The notes under the pieces: generated by a model
What the model saw: only the letters and a program-made list of their open reading frames with translations
Told to the model about the DNA's origin: nothing
Databases searched by the model: none
Assembly: GCA_964016885.1 (NCBI GenBank)
Contig: OZ024740.1
Span: forward strand, 1,984,001 to 2,048,000
DNA length: 64,000 nucleotides
Reading direction: 5' to 3'
Source of the DNA: Eledone cirrhosa
Taxonomy: Eukaryota
Shown: in pieces, positions 27,129 to 40,900 of the stretch
Numbering within the stretch: the stretch's first letter is position 1
Layout of the letters: every line of letters starts with the position of its first letter
Translations under genes and position numbers: made by a program

Positions 27129-30100
27129 TTTACAGTGTGTAATCGGCTCTTTTTCTCGGGACACCTCACGACCACTTTACAGTGTGTACTGGGCTCTTTT
27201 TGTTGTGACACCTCACGACCACTTTACAGTGTGTACTGGGCTCTTTTTGTTGTGACACCTCACGACCACTTTACAGTGTGTACTGGGCTCTTTTTCTCGG
27301 GACACCTCACGACCACTCTACAGTGTGTACTGGGCTCTTTTTGTTGTGACACCTCACGACCACTTTACAGTGTGTACTGGGCTCTTTTTCTCGGGACACC
27401 TCACGACCACTCTACAGTGTGTACTGGGCTCTTTTTGTTGTGACACCTCACGACCACTTTACAGTGTGTACTGGGCTCTTTTTGTTGTGACACCTCACGA
27501 CCACTCTACAGTGTGTACTGGGCTCTTTTTGTTGTGACACCTCACGACCACTCTACAGTGTGTACTGGGCTCTTTTTGTCCTGACACCTCACGACCACTT
27601 TACAGTGTGTACTGGGCTCTTTTTATCCTGACACCTCACGACCACTCTACAGTGTGTACTGGGCTCTTTTTGTCCTGACACCTCACGACCACTTTACAGT
27701 GTGTACTGGGCTCTTTTTGTCCTGATACCTCACGACCACTTTACAGTGTGTACTGGGCTCTTTTTGTCCTGATACCTCACGACCACTTTACAGTGTGTAC
27801 TGGGCTCTTTTTGTCCTGACACCTCACGACCACTCTACAGTGTGTACTGGGCTCTTTTTGTCCTGACACCTCACGACCACTTTACAGTGTGTACTGGGCT
27901 CTTTTTGTCGGGACACCTCACGACCACTTTACAGTGTGTACTGGGCTCTTTTTGATGTGACACCTCACGACCACTTTACAGTGTGTACTGGGCTCTTTTT
28001 GTTGTGACACCTCACGACCACTTTACAGTGTGTACTGGGCTCTTTTTGTCGGGACACCTCACGACCACTTTACAGTGTGTACTGGGCTCTTTTTGATGTG
28101 ACACCTCACGACCACTTTACAGTGTGTACTGGGCTCTTTTTGTTGTGACACCTTACGACCACTTTACAGTGTGTACTGGGCTCTTTTTGTTGTGACACCT
28201 CACGACCACTCTACAGTGTGTACTGGGCTCTTTTTGTCCTGACACCTCACGACCACTTTACAGTGTGTACTGGGCTCTTTTTGTTGTGACACCTCACGAC
28301 CACTTTACAGTGTGTACTGGGCTCTTTTTGTCCTAACACCTCACGACCACTTTACAGTGTGTACTGGGCTCTTTTTGTCGGGACACCTCACGACCACTTT
28401 ACAGTGTGTACTGGGCTCTTTTTGATGTGACACCTCACGACCACTTTACAGTGTGTACTGGGCTCTTTTTGTTGTGACACCTCACGACCACTTTACAGTG
28501 TGTACTGGGCTCTTTTTGTCGGGACACCTCACGACCACTCTACAGTGTGTACTGGGCTCTTTTTGTCGGGACACCTCACGACCACTTTACAGTGTGTACT
28601 GGGCTCTTTTTGTCGGGACACCTCACGACCACTCTACAGTGTGTACTGGGCTCTTTTTGTTGTGACACCTTACGCCACTTTAGAGTGTGTACTGGGCTCT
28701 TTTTGTCCTGATACCTCGCAACCACTTTACAGTGTGTACTGGGCTCTTTTTGTCGGGACACCTCACGACCACTTTACAGTGTGTACTGGGCTCTTTTTGT
28801 CGGGACACCTCACGACCACTTTACAGTGTGTACTGGGCTCTTTTTGTCCTGACACCTCACGACCACTTTACAGTGTGTACTGGGCTCTTTTTGTCCTGAC
28901 ACCTCGCGACCACTTTACAGTGTGTACTGGGCTCTTTTTGTTGTCACACCTCACGACCACTTTACAGTGTGTACTGGGCTCTTTTTGTCCTGATACCTCA
29001 CGACCACTTTACAGTGTGTACTGGGCTCTTTTTGTCGGGACACCTCACGACCACTTTACAGTGTGTACTGGGCTCTTTTTGTTGTGTCACCTCACGACCA
29101 CTTTACAGTGTGTACTGGGTTCTTTTTGTTGTGACACCTTACGACCACTTTACAGTGTCTACTGGGCTCTTTTTGTCCTGATACCTCGCAACCACTTTAC
29201 AGTGTGTACTGGGCTCTTTTTGTCGGGACACCTCACGACCACTTTACAGTGTGTACTGGGCTCTTTTTGTTGTGTCACCTCACGACCACTTTACAGTGTG
29301 TACTGGGCTCTTTTTGTCGGGACACCTCACGACCACTTTACAGTATGTACTGGGCTCTTTTTGTTGTGTCACCTCACGACCACTTTACAGTGTGTACTGG
29401 GCTCTTTTTGTTGTGATACCTCACAACCACTTTACAGTGTGTACTGGGCTCTTTTTGTCCTGACACTTCACGACCACTTTACAGTGTGTACTGGGCTCTT
29501 GTTGTTGTGACACCTAACGACCACGTTACAGTGTGTACTGGGCTCTTTTTTTGTGTCACCTCATGACCACTTTACAGTGTGTACTGGGCTCTTTTTGTTG
29601 TGACACCTCACGACCACTTTACAGTGTGTACTGGGCTCTTTTTGTCGGGACACCTCATGACCACTTTACAGTGTGTACTGGGCTTTTTTTCTTGTGTCAC
29701 CTCACGACCACTTTACAGTGTGTACTGCGCTCTTTTTGTTGTGACACCTCACGACCACTTTACAGTGTGTACTGGGCTCTTTCTGTTGTGTCACCTCATG
29801 ACCACTTTACAGTGTGTACTGGGCTCTTTTTGTTGTGTCACCTCACGACCACTTTACAGTGTGTACTGGGCTCTTTTTGTTGTGACACCTCACGACCACT
29901 CTACAGTGTGTACTGGGCTCTTTTTGTTGTGACACCTCACGACCACTTTACAGTGTCTACTGGGCTCTTTTTGTTGTGACACCTCACGACTACTCTAAGG
30001 TGTGTACTGGGCTCTTTTTGTCGTGATACCTCACGACCACTTGACAGTGTGTACTGGGCTCTTTTTGTCGTGATACCTCACGACCACTTTACAGTGTCTA

Positions 30101-33100
30101 CTGGGCTCTTTTTGTTGTGATACCTCACGACCACTTTACAGTGTCTACTGGGCTCTTTTTGTTGTGATACCTCACGACCACTTTACAGTGTGTACTGGGC
30201 TCTTTTTGTCCTGACACCTCACGACCACTTTACAGTGTGTACTGGGCTCTTTTTGTCGTGATACCTCACGACCACTTTACAGTGTCTACTGGGCTCTTTT
30301 TGTTGTGATACCTCACAACCACTTTACAGTGTCTACTGGGCTCTTTTTGTTGTGATACCTCACGACCACTTTACAGTGTGTACTGGGCTCTTTTTGTCCT
30401 GACACCTCACGACCACTTTACAGTGTGTACTGGGCTCTTTTTGTTGTGACACCTCACGACCACTTAACAGTGTGTACTGGGCTCTTTTTGTCCTGATACC
30501 TCACGACCACTTTACAGTCTATACTGGGTTCTTTTTGTTGTGACACCTCACGACCACTTTACAGTGTGTACTGGGCTCTTTTTGTCCTGATACCTCACGA
30601 CCACTTTACAGTCTGTACTGGGCTCTTTTTGTTGTGACACATCATGACCACTTCACAGTGTGTACTGGGCTCTTTTTGTTGTGACACCTCATGACCACTT
30701 TACACTGTGTACTGGGCTCTTTTTGTTTTGTCACCTCACGACCACTTTACAGTGTGTACTGGGCTCTTTTTGTTCTGACACCTCACGACCACTTTACAGT
30801 GTGTACTGGGCTCTTTTTGTCCTGACACCTCACGACCACTTTACAGTGTGTACTGGGCTCTTTTTGTCCTTATACCTCACGACCACTTTACAGTGTGTAC
30901 TGGGCTCTTTTTGTTGTGATACCTCACGACCACTCTACAGTGTGTACTGGGCTCTTTTTGTTGTGACACCTCACGAACACTTTACAGTGTGTACTGGGCT
31001 CTTTTTGTTGTGACACCTCATGACCACTTTACAGTGTGTACTGGGCTCTTTTTGTTGTGATACCTCACGACCACTTTACAGCCTGTACTGGGCTCTTTTT
31101 GTTGTGACACCTCACGACCACTTTACAGTGTCTACTGGGCTCTTTTTGTCCTGATACCTCACGACCACTTTACAGTGTGTACTGGGCTCTTTTTGTTGTG
31201 ACACCTCATGACCACTCTACAGTGTGTACTGGGCTCTTTTTGTCCTGACACCTCACGACCACTTTACAGTGTGTACTGGGCTCTTTTTGTCCTGACACTT
31301 CACGACCACTTTACAGTGTGTACTGGGTTCTTTTTGTTGTGACATCTTACGACCACTTTACAGTGTCTACTGGGCTCTTTTTGTTGTGACACCTTACGAC
31401 CACTCTACAGTGTGTACTGGGCTCTTTTTGTTGTGACACCTCACGACCACCTTACAGTGTGTACTGGGCTCTTTTTGTTGTGACACCTCACGACCACTTT
31501 ACAGTGTGTACTGGGCTCTTTTTGTCGGGACACCTCAAGACCACTTTACAGTGTGTACTGGGCTCTTTTTGTTGTGTCACCTCATGACCTCTTTACAGTG
31601 TGTACTGGGCTCTTTTTGTCGGGACACCTCACGACCACTTTACAGTGTGTACTGGGCTGTTTTTGTCCTGATACCTCACGACCACTTTACAGTGTGTACT
31701 GGGCTCTTTTTGTTGTGTCACCTCACGACCACTTTACAGTGTGTACTGGGCTCTTTTTGTCGGGACACCTCACGACCACTTTACAGTGTGTACTGGGCTC
31801 TTTTTGTCCTGATACCTCACGACCACTTTACAGTGTGTACTGGGCTCTTTTTGTCCTGATACCTCACGACCACTTTACAGTGTGTACTGGGCTCTTTTTG
31901 TTGTGTCACCTCACGACCACTTTACAGTGTGTACTGGGCTCTTTTTGTCGGGACACCTCACGACCACTTTACAGTGTGTACTGGGCTCTTTTTGTTGTGA
32001 CACCTCACGACCACTTTACAGTGTGTACTGGGCTCTTTTTGTCGGGACACCTCACGACCACTTTACAGTGTGTACTGGGCTCTTTTTGTTGTGACACCTC
32101 ACGACCACTCTACAGTGTGTACTAGGCTCTTTTTGTTGTGACACCTCACGACCATTTTACAGTCTGTACTGGGCTCTTTTTGTCCTGACACCTCACGACC
32201 ACTTTACAGTGTGTACTGGGCTCTTTTTGTCCTGACACTTCACGACCACTTTACAGTGTGTACTGGGCTCTTTTTGTTGTGGCACCTCACGACCACTCAA
32301 CAGTGTGTACTGGGCTCTTTTTGTCGGGACACCTCACGACCACTCTACAGTGTGTACTGGGCTCTTTTTGTTGTGACACCTCACGACCACTTTACAGTGT
32401 GTACTGGGCTCTTTTTGTCGGGACACCTGACGACCACTCTACAGTGTGTACTGGGCTCTTTTTGTTGTGACACCTCACGACCACTCTACAGTGTGTACTG
32501 GGCTCTTTTTGTTGTGACACCTTACGACCACTTTACAGTGTGTACTGGGCTCTTTTTGTTGTGACACCTCACGACCACTCTACAGTGTGTACTGGGCTCT
32601 TTTTGTCCTGACACCTCACGACCACTTTCCAGCGTGTACTGGGCTCTTTTTGTTGTGTCACCTCATAACCACTTCACAGTGTGTACTGGGTTCTTTTTGT
32701 TGTGACACCTCACGACCACTTTACAGTGTTTACTCGGCTCTTTTTGTCGGGACACCTCACGACCACTTTACAGTGTGTACTGGGCTCTTTTTGTTGTGTC
32801 ACCTCACGACCACTTTACAGTGTGTACTGGGCTCTTTTTGTTGTGACACCTCACGACCACTTTACAGTGTGTACTGGGCTCTTTTTGTCGGGACACCTCA
32901 CGACCACTTTACAGTGTGTACTGGGCTCTTTTTGTTGTGACACCTCACGACCACTTTACAGTGTGTACTGGGCTCTTTTTGTTGTGACACCTCACGACCA
33001 CTTTACAATGTGTACTGGGCTCTTTTTGTCGGGACACCTCACGACCACTTTACAGTGTGTACTGGGCTCTTTTTGTCCTGATACCTCACAACCACTTTAC

Positions 33101-33201
33101 AGTGTGTACTGGGCTCTTTTTGTTGTGACACCTCACGACCACTTTACAGTGTGTACTGGGCTCTTTTTGTTGTGATACCTCACAACCACTTTACAGTGTG
33201 T
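27129..33201 (-). repeat. 47-bp minisatellite, about 130 copies, derived from the RTE 3' UTR repeat
   Basis: + strand unit TTTACAGTGTGTACTGGGCTCTTTTTGTTGTGACACCTCACGACCAC; its reverse complement aligns with 53822-53870. Confidence 0.95.
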
Positions 33202-34309
33202 TCTAAGGATATTTTGTCGTGACGTACAATCAGTGATGATAATGGAAGTTACTTTCTCACTACACCTCACCTCACTTCAACTCTATTTAAAATGAATCTT
33301 ACATTGCATCATCATCATCTCTGTCCATAAAATACTACCAAAAGTATCATCCAGTATATGGTCAGTGCCAGGCCGTCATTTGTCCCTAAAATACAGCCCC
33401 CCCCCCCTCAAAAAAATGTTACCATGGAAAAATGATGATGATCATTATCATCATCATCCTCCTTCTCTCTCTGTTGACAAATAGTTTCAACAGATCTTTC
33501 ACATTCATCTCATTTTATTTTACCCCATCTCACTTTTCTTCTCAGATAACCCCTTCTGGTTGAAACTATTTTGACCTGTCATTTAGATAATCTATCCACT
33601 TCTACCTTTCACACAGCAGACATCATCTATTTCAGTGGTTCCCAAACTTATACTATTATCCATAAATCTCAGACCCTCTATATTTTACAGACACTATCCC
33701 CCTAACCTAATTTTATCAAGACATTAAATGAAACAAAAGTTGTTTTAGAGAAATAATTTATTCGTATAATAAATTTTTATTACATTTTATTAAGAAACCT
33801 TATTTCACAAAAGCCCCTTTGGGTATAGGGATGATTTCCTCATAGCAGCCATTGGCGACTTCTTTTTCCGTCTTTTAAGGGTCTTCCCCCTATTTTATAT
33901 AAGCTATCTTTATAGCATTTCTGTGCTTGAGGCCATATACTTATATATTTATATATATTCTCAACACATTGTTTGTAATCTACTCATAAGATTGATATGA
34001 GCCAACAAGAGAGCTTCTATATTGTCATTTGATCTGTTAGAAATAGCAGCTAAATCTACCTCAAATCACATTCTACTGCCTTAAAAAAAGAGAGAGATGA
34101 ATGAGTTTGATGGAGGAAACTACTTGGTCATGGATGGGAAGTCTTTAACCATACATCTGTTTAATAAGGGCTGAGCTGGCATGAAACAGCAACACTCATA
34201 TCTCATAGTTATTTGCCCCTGATAAACACAATTATCTAAACCAATGAGGGAGATCTTTGTTGTTGCTCGGCATTGTTAGAAATAGCAGCCAAATATGCTA
34301 CATGTCTGT

Positions 34310-35055
34310 GGATGTGTCACAACAGCTGCATCACGTGTGTCACATCAGCTGCTACATGTGTGTGTCACAACAGCTGTGACATGTGTCTCACATCAGCTGC
34401 TACATGTGTGTGTGTTTCACAACATTTGCTACATGTATGTGCTACAACAGCTGCTACATATGTGTGCCACATTTTCTACATGTCTGTGTGTCACATGTCT
34501 GTGCATGTCACATTTGCTACATGTATGCGTGTCACAACAGCTGTTACAACTGTGACATGTTTTGTGTATCACAACCTCTACCTGTCATTCTCTACTATAA
34601 CTGATGCATGTCTTTGTATATAAGGACTGTTACATAGCTGTGTGTGTCACAAAGGAATGTATCAGGACTGTGTTACATAGCTGTGTGTCACAAAGGAATG
34701 TATCAGGACTGTTGCATAGCTGTGTGTGTCACAAAGGAATGTATCAGGACTGTTACATAGCTGTGTGTGTCACAAAGGAATGTATCAGGACTGTTACATA
34801 GCTGTGTGTGTCACAAAGGAATATATCAGGACTGTGTTACATAGCTGTGTCACAAAGGAATGTATCAGGACTGTGTTACAAAGGAATGTATCAGGACTGT
34901 GTTACATAGCTGTGTGTGTTACAAAGGAATGTATCAGGACTGTGTTGCATAGCTGTGTCACAAAGGAATGTATCAGGACTGTGTTACATAGCTGTGTGTG
35001 TCACAAAGGAATGTATCAGGACTGTGTTACATAGCTGTGTGTGTCACAAAGGAAT
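34310..35055. repeat. Degenerate about 25-bp repeats followed by an about 41-43-bp minisatellite
   Basis: GTGTCACAACAGCTGCTACATGT units, then AGGACTGTGTTACATAGCTGTGTGTGTCACAAAGGAATGTATC units from about 34620. Confidence 0.85.
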
Positions 35056-35099
35056 ATTGCAGTGGTCATGTCTGTATGTATCACAATATCTGATGTGTA

Positions 35100-36200
35100 T
35101 GACCACGCTACATGTAGACAGTGATTCTGTCACAACTGATGCTACATGTGTGTGTAACTATAGTTACATGTAGACAGTGATTGTCACAACTGATGCTACA
35201 TGAGTGTGTGATTATAGCTACATATTGACAGTGATTCTGTCACAACTGATGCTACATGTGTGTGTGACTATAGCTACATATTGACAGTGATTCTGTCACA
35301 ACTGATGCTACATGTGTGTGTGACAATAGCTACATATTGACAGTGATTCTGTCACAACTGATGCTACATGTGTGTGTGACTATAGCTACATATTGACAGT
35401 GATTCTGTCACAACTGATGCTACATGTGTGTGTGACTATAGCTACATATTGACAGTGATTCTGTCACAACTGATGCTACATGTGTGTGTGACTATAGCTA
35501 CATATTGACAGTGATTCTGTCACAACTGATGCTACATGTGTGTGTGACTATAGCTACATATTGACAGTGATTCTGTCACAACTGATGCTACATGTGTGTG
35601 TGAGAATAGCTACATATTGACAGTGATGCTGTCACAACTGATGCTACATGTGTGTGTGACTATAGCTAGATGTAGGGAGTGATTCTGTCACAACTGATGC
35701 TACATGTGTGTGTGTGACTAGAGCTACATATTGACAGTGATTCTGTCACAACTGATGCTACATGTGTGTGTGACAATAGCTACATATTGACAGTGATGCT
35801 GTCACAACTGATGCTACATGTGTGTGTGACTATAGCTACATATTGACAGTGATGCTGTCACAACTGATGCTACATGTGTGTGTGACTATAGCTACATATT
35901 GACAGTGATTCTGTCACAACTGATGCTACATGTGTGTGTGAGAATAGCTACATATTGACAGTGATGCTGTCACAACTGGTGCTACATGTGTATGTGACTA
36001 TAGCTAGATGTAGGGAGTGATTCTGTCACAACTGATGCTACATGTGTGCGTGTGACTAGAGCTACACATTGACAGGGATTCTGCCAGAACTGCTGCTTCA
36101 TGTGTGTGTGACTATAGTTACATGTAGGGAGTGATTCTGTCACAACTGATGCTACATGTGTATGTGTGTGTGTGGGAATATAGCTACATGTAGACAATGT
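35100..36200. repeat. 56-bp minisatellite, about 19 copies
   Basis: Unit GTCACAACTGATGCTACATGTGTGTGTGACTATAGCTACATATTGACAGTGATTCT, ending about 30 nt before exon B. Confidence 0.93.
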
Positions 36201-36230
36201 GATTACATGTGATCCACTTCATTCCACCAG

Positions 36231-36392
36231 AATGGTATAAGTGGTGATGATGCGTCGGTCAGTGGTGGTGCAGCAGCCTCTGGAATCGGTGAGTCTGATG
36301 ACATTCCTGGTGCTCTTCCAAATGCTGATCCCGGTATACCTGGACAAGTTCTTCTCTGGAAAGCTCTACCACGCCCAGAAACCACTAACCAG
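36231..36392 (+). CDS. OSBPL1A: ORP1/ORP2-like exon B (162 nt, not in the ORF track)
   Basis: ccaccag acceptor and CAG|gtaaga donor. Translates NGISGDD...IPGQVLLWKALPRPETTNQ, resembling ORP1 IPGSVLLWRIAPRPPNSAQ (recalled). Phase 0/0. Confidence 0.88.
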
Positions 36393-36574
36393 GTAAGAAA
36401 ACCAAGGAAATATTTTTACAATATCCAGATTCCCTCTAATTAACCTTTTATTTTTTTTTATTTTCTTCAAATTTGACCTCATTTAACTCTTGTTTCCAAC
36501 TGTCTGAAATTACCTGGTTCTTCGATACAAAACTGTTTATTATAATGTGTTTATAATTTATTCAACGCAGCAAA

Positions 36575-36870
36575 TTGGCTGCCATTTTAATGTTGGGTAG
36601 AATGTTCTGCAGTAAGCATTTTGGCTCTCTGAGTTCAAATCTGCTGAGATCAACTTTTCCTTTCATTCATTCGAGGTCAATAAAAAAGTACCAGTCTAGT
36701 ACTGGGGTCAATTCTTCTTCGATATCTCTTTCTCACTTCTTTTCTTTCACTTTCTATCTTTCTCTGGAAGAAATCTGCTGTATTCAGACCTGGAGAGGAG
36801 ATGGACTCCGCCAGGTTTTAAAATGCCTTAGAAATGCTGTATGTCTATACGGCACCCCTATAACTTTCTA
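36575..36870 (+). mobile_element. tRNA-derived SINE plus 3' extension
   Basis: B-box GAGTTCAAATC and core CCTTTCAT...GGTCAATAAAAAAGTACCAG; related copy at 60750-61033. Confidence 0.6.
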
Positions 36871-37382
36871 AGGAGTTATGAGACTGTCCATGCATATTTT
36901 ATGTAAAAATCTTTTTTCATTATCAAACTCATGTTTGGAATATAACTTGACAAAAGTTTTGTACAGAAAATAAGGAGTTAACTGAAAACAAAATATCTTG
37001 CAGAATTTATTTGAGTTTTCTGTCTTTTTAGTCCAGATCTTACCATAATTAACTTAGCTTTTCATCCTTTCAAGGTTGGCAAAATGAAGTACCAGTCCAG
37101 GAAGATGGATTGGAAGAATTATTAGATCGTTGGATGAGAGGCCTTCGAGCATTTGTTCCAGTTCTTTGTATTCTGAGTTGCAATTCTTCTGTGGCATACT
37201 TGGGTGGTAGACTTAATGTCACCCAGTTTAATGCCACCATCTGGCCTTGAGTACCTTTAGTGTAGACCACATTACAGACTGGGCTGGATGTTTTGTGGTA
37301 CCAACGTAACACACACACACACACATATATATACCAATAAACCGATAAATCAAACACCTACTTTCTGCAACTGGACATGGAA

Positions 37383-37433
<51 letters not shown>

Positions 37434-37516
37434 GGTTGTGAGTTCAATTCTCGGACCGGGTGATGTGTTGTTTCCTTGAACAAGACACTTTATTTCACAT
37501 TGCTCCAGTTTACTCA

Positions 37517-37658
37517 GCTGTAGAAATCAAGCCAGAATCAGTTCCCGTATGAGCAAGACAAGGTCAGCCGACCGGACATTGCCCACAACAAGACAACCCG
37601 TTTAACCCATGCTAGAATGGAAGAACGGACGTAAAACGGTGATGATGATGATGATGAT
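37517..37658 (+). mobile_element. RTE family B 3' end fragment
   Basis: AGCTGTAGAAATCAAGCCAG...AACGGACGTAAAACGGT(GAT)n. Confidence 0.85.
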
Positions 37659-37922
37659 ATATATACATATATAAATCATGATAATTATATATATATATAT
37701 ATTTGTGCGTATAAATATCGTATATACTCGAATATAAGCCAAGGAATATGTGACCAAAAAATCGAGGGTAGAGAGGGGAGGGTGTTTATATTCGGGCTCA
37801 ATATTTTGACGATTTTCACTGACTTCAACATTTACATAAAAAGGTTTTAAGTTATGTTCCAAGCAGCAGCTTAATAATGAGGAAGTTATATTATTAAATC
37901 TCTCCAACTTCTTGATTATATT

Positions 37923-40900
37923 GTGGTGGTGGTGGTGGTGGTGGTGGTGGCCACCACCTACTCCAGTATAGTGTGGTGGTGGCAGTAGTGACCACCACCA
38001 CCACCTTCTCCAGTATAGTGTGGTGGTGGCAGTAGTCACCACCACCACCACCACCACCTACTCCAGTATAGTGTAGTGGTGGCAGTAGTGACCACCACCA
38101 CCACCTTCTCCAGTATAGTGTGGTGGTGGCAGTAGTGACCACCACCACCACCACCTACTCCAGTATAGTGTGGTGGTGGCAGTAGTGACCACCACCACCA
38201 CCACCTACTCCAGTATAGTGTGGTGGTGGCAGTAGTGACCACCACCACCACCACCTACTCCAGTATAGTGTGGTGGTGGCAGTAGTGACCACCACCACCA
38301 CCACCTACTCCAGTATAGTGTGGTGGTGGCAGTAGTGACCACCACCACCACCACCTACTCCAGTATAGTGTGGTGGTGGCAGTAGTGACCACCACCACCA
38401 CCACCACCTACTCCAGTATAGTGTGGTGGTGGCAGTAGTGACCACCACCACCACCACCTACTCCAGTATAGTGTGGTGGTGGCAGTAGTGACCACCACCA
38501 CCACCACCTACTCCAGTATAGTGTAGTGGTGGCAGTAGTGACCACCACCACCACCACCTACTCCAGTATAGTGTGGTGGTGGCAGTTGTGACCACCACCA
38601 CCACCACCTACTCCAGTATAGTGTGGTGGTGGCAGTAGTGACCACCACCACCACCACCTACTCCAGTATAGTGTGGTGGTGGCAGTTGTGACCACCACCA
38701 CCACCACCTACTCCAGTATAGTGTAGTGGTGGCAGTAGTGACCACCACCACCACCTACTCCAGTATAGTGTGGTGGTGGCAGTAGTGACCACCACCACCA
38801 CCACCTACTCCAGTATAGTGTGGTGGTGGCAGTAGTGACCACCACCACCACCTACTCCAGTATAGTGTGGTGGTGGCAGTAGTGACCACCACCACCACCA
38901 CCTTCTCCAGTATAGTGTGGTGGTGGCAGTAGTGACCACCACCACCACCACCACCTACTCCAGTATAGTGTGGTGGTGGCAGTAGTGACCACCACCACCA
39001 CCACCTACTCCAGTATAGTGTGGTGGTGGCAGTAGTGACCACCACCACCACCTTCTCCAGTATAGTGTGGTGGTGGCAGTAGTGACCACCACCACCACCA
39101 CCACCTACTCCAGTATAGTGTGGTGGTGGCAGTAGTGACCACCACCACTACCTACTCCAGTATAGTGTGGTGGTGGCAGTAGTGACCACCACCACCACCA
39201 CCACCTACTCCAGTATAGTGTGGTGGTGGTGGCAGTAGTGACCACCACCACCACCACCTACTCCAGTATAGTGTGGTGGTGGCAGTAGTGACCACCACCA
39301 TCACCACCACCTACTCCAGTATAGTGTGGTGGTGGCAGTAGTGACCACCACCACCACCACCACCTTCTCCAGTATAGTGTGGTGGTGGCAGTAGTGACCA
39401 CCACCACCACCACCTTCTCCAGTATAGTGTGGTGGTGGCAGTAGTGACCACCACCACCACCACCACCTACTCCAGTATAGTGTGGTGGTGGCAGTAGTGA
39501 CCACCACCACTACCTACTCCAGTATAGTGTGGTGGTGGCAGTAGTGACCACCACCACCACCACCTACTCCAGTATAGTGTGGTGGTGGCAGTAGTGACCA
39601 CCACCACCACCACCACCTACTCCAGTATAGTGTGGTGGTGGCAGTAGTGACCACCACCACCACCACCTACTCCAGTATAGTGTGGTGGTGACAGTAGTGA
39701 CCACCACCACCACCACCACCTTCTCCAGTATAGTGTGGTGGTGGCAGTAGTGACCACCACCACCACCACCACCTACTCCAGTATAGTGTGGTGGTGGCAG
39801 TAGTGACCACCACCACCACCACCTACTCCAGTATAGTGTGGTGGTGGCAGTAGTGACCACCACCACCACCACCACCTACTCCAGTATAGTGTGGTGGTGG
39901 CAGTAGTGACCACCACCACCACCACCACCTACTCCAGTATAGTGTGGTGGTGGCAGTAGTGACCACCACCACCACCACCTACTCCAGTATAGTGTGGTGG
40001 TGACAGTAGTGACCACCACCACCACCACCACCTACTCCAGTATAGTGTGGTGGTGGCAGTAGTGACCACCACCACCACCTTCTCCAGTATAGTGTGGTGG
40101 TGGCAGTAGTGACCACCACCACCACCACCACCTACTCCAGTATAGTGTGGTGGTGGCAGTAGTGACCACCACCACCACCACCACCTTCTCCAGTATAGTG
40201 TGGTGGTGGCAGTAGTGACCACCACCACCACCACCTACTCCAGTATAGTGTGGTGGTGACAGTAGTGACCACCACCACCACCACCACCTTCTCCAGTATA
40301 GTGTGGTGGTGGCAGTAGTGACCACCACCACCACCACCACCTACTCCAGTATAGTGTGGTGGTGGCAGTAGTGACCACCACCACCACCTACTCCAGTATA
40401 GTGTGGTGGTGGCAGTAGTGACCACCACCACCACCACCTACTCCAGTATAGTGTGGTGGTGGTGGCAGTAGTGACCACCACCACCTACTCCAGTATAGTG
40501 TGGTGGTGGCATTAGTGACCACCACCACCACCACCTACTCCAGTATAGTGTGGTGGTGGCAGTAGTGACCACCACCACCACCACCTACTCCAGTATAGTG
40601 TGGTGGTGGCAGTAGTGACCACCACCACCACCTACTCCAGTATAGTGTGGTGGTGGCAGTAGTGACCACCACCACCACCACCACCTACTCCAGTATAGTG
40701 TGGTGGTGGCAGTAGTGACCACCACCACCACCACCTACTCCAGTATAGTGTGGTGGTGGCAGTAGTGACCACCACCACCACCTACTCCAGTATAGTGTGG
40801 TGGTGGCAGTAGTGACCACCACCACCACCACCTACTCCACTATAGTGTGGTGGTGGCAGTAGTGACCACCACCACCACCACCTACTCCAGTATAGTGTGG

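Noticed and set aside
27099-33175. Repetitive ORFs (YWALFVVTPHDHFTVC...)
   Set aside because: The 47-bp unit cycles through all frames; no coding signal.
12663-33201. Long regular arrays as CRISPR loci
   Set aside because: Units are head-to-tail with no unique spacers, there are no cas genes, and the context is a eukaryotic intron.
12048-33650. hAT-like ends (GGTTCCCAAAC at about 12055 and 33637) as one transposon enclosing the arrays
   Set aside because: Both are in the same orientation, so they are not a TIR pair, and no target duplication is seen.
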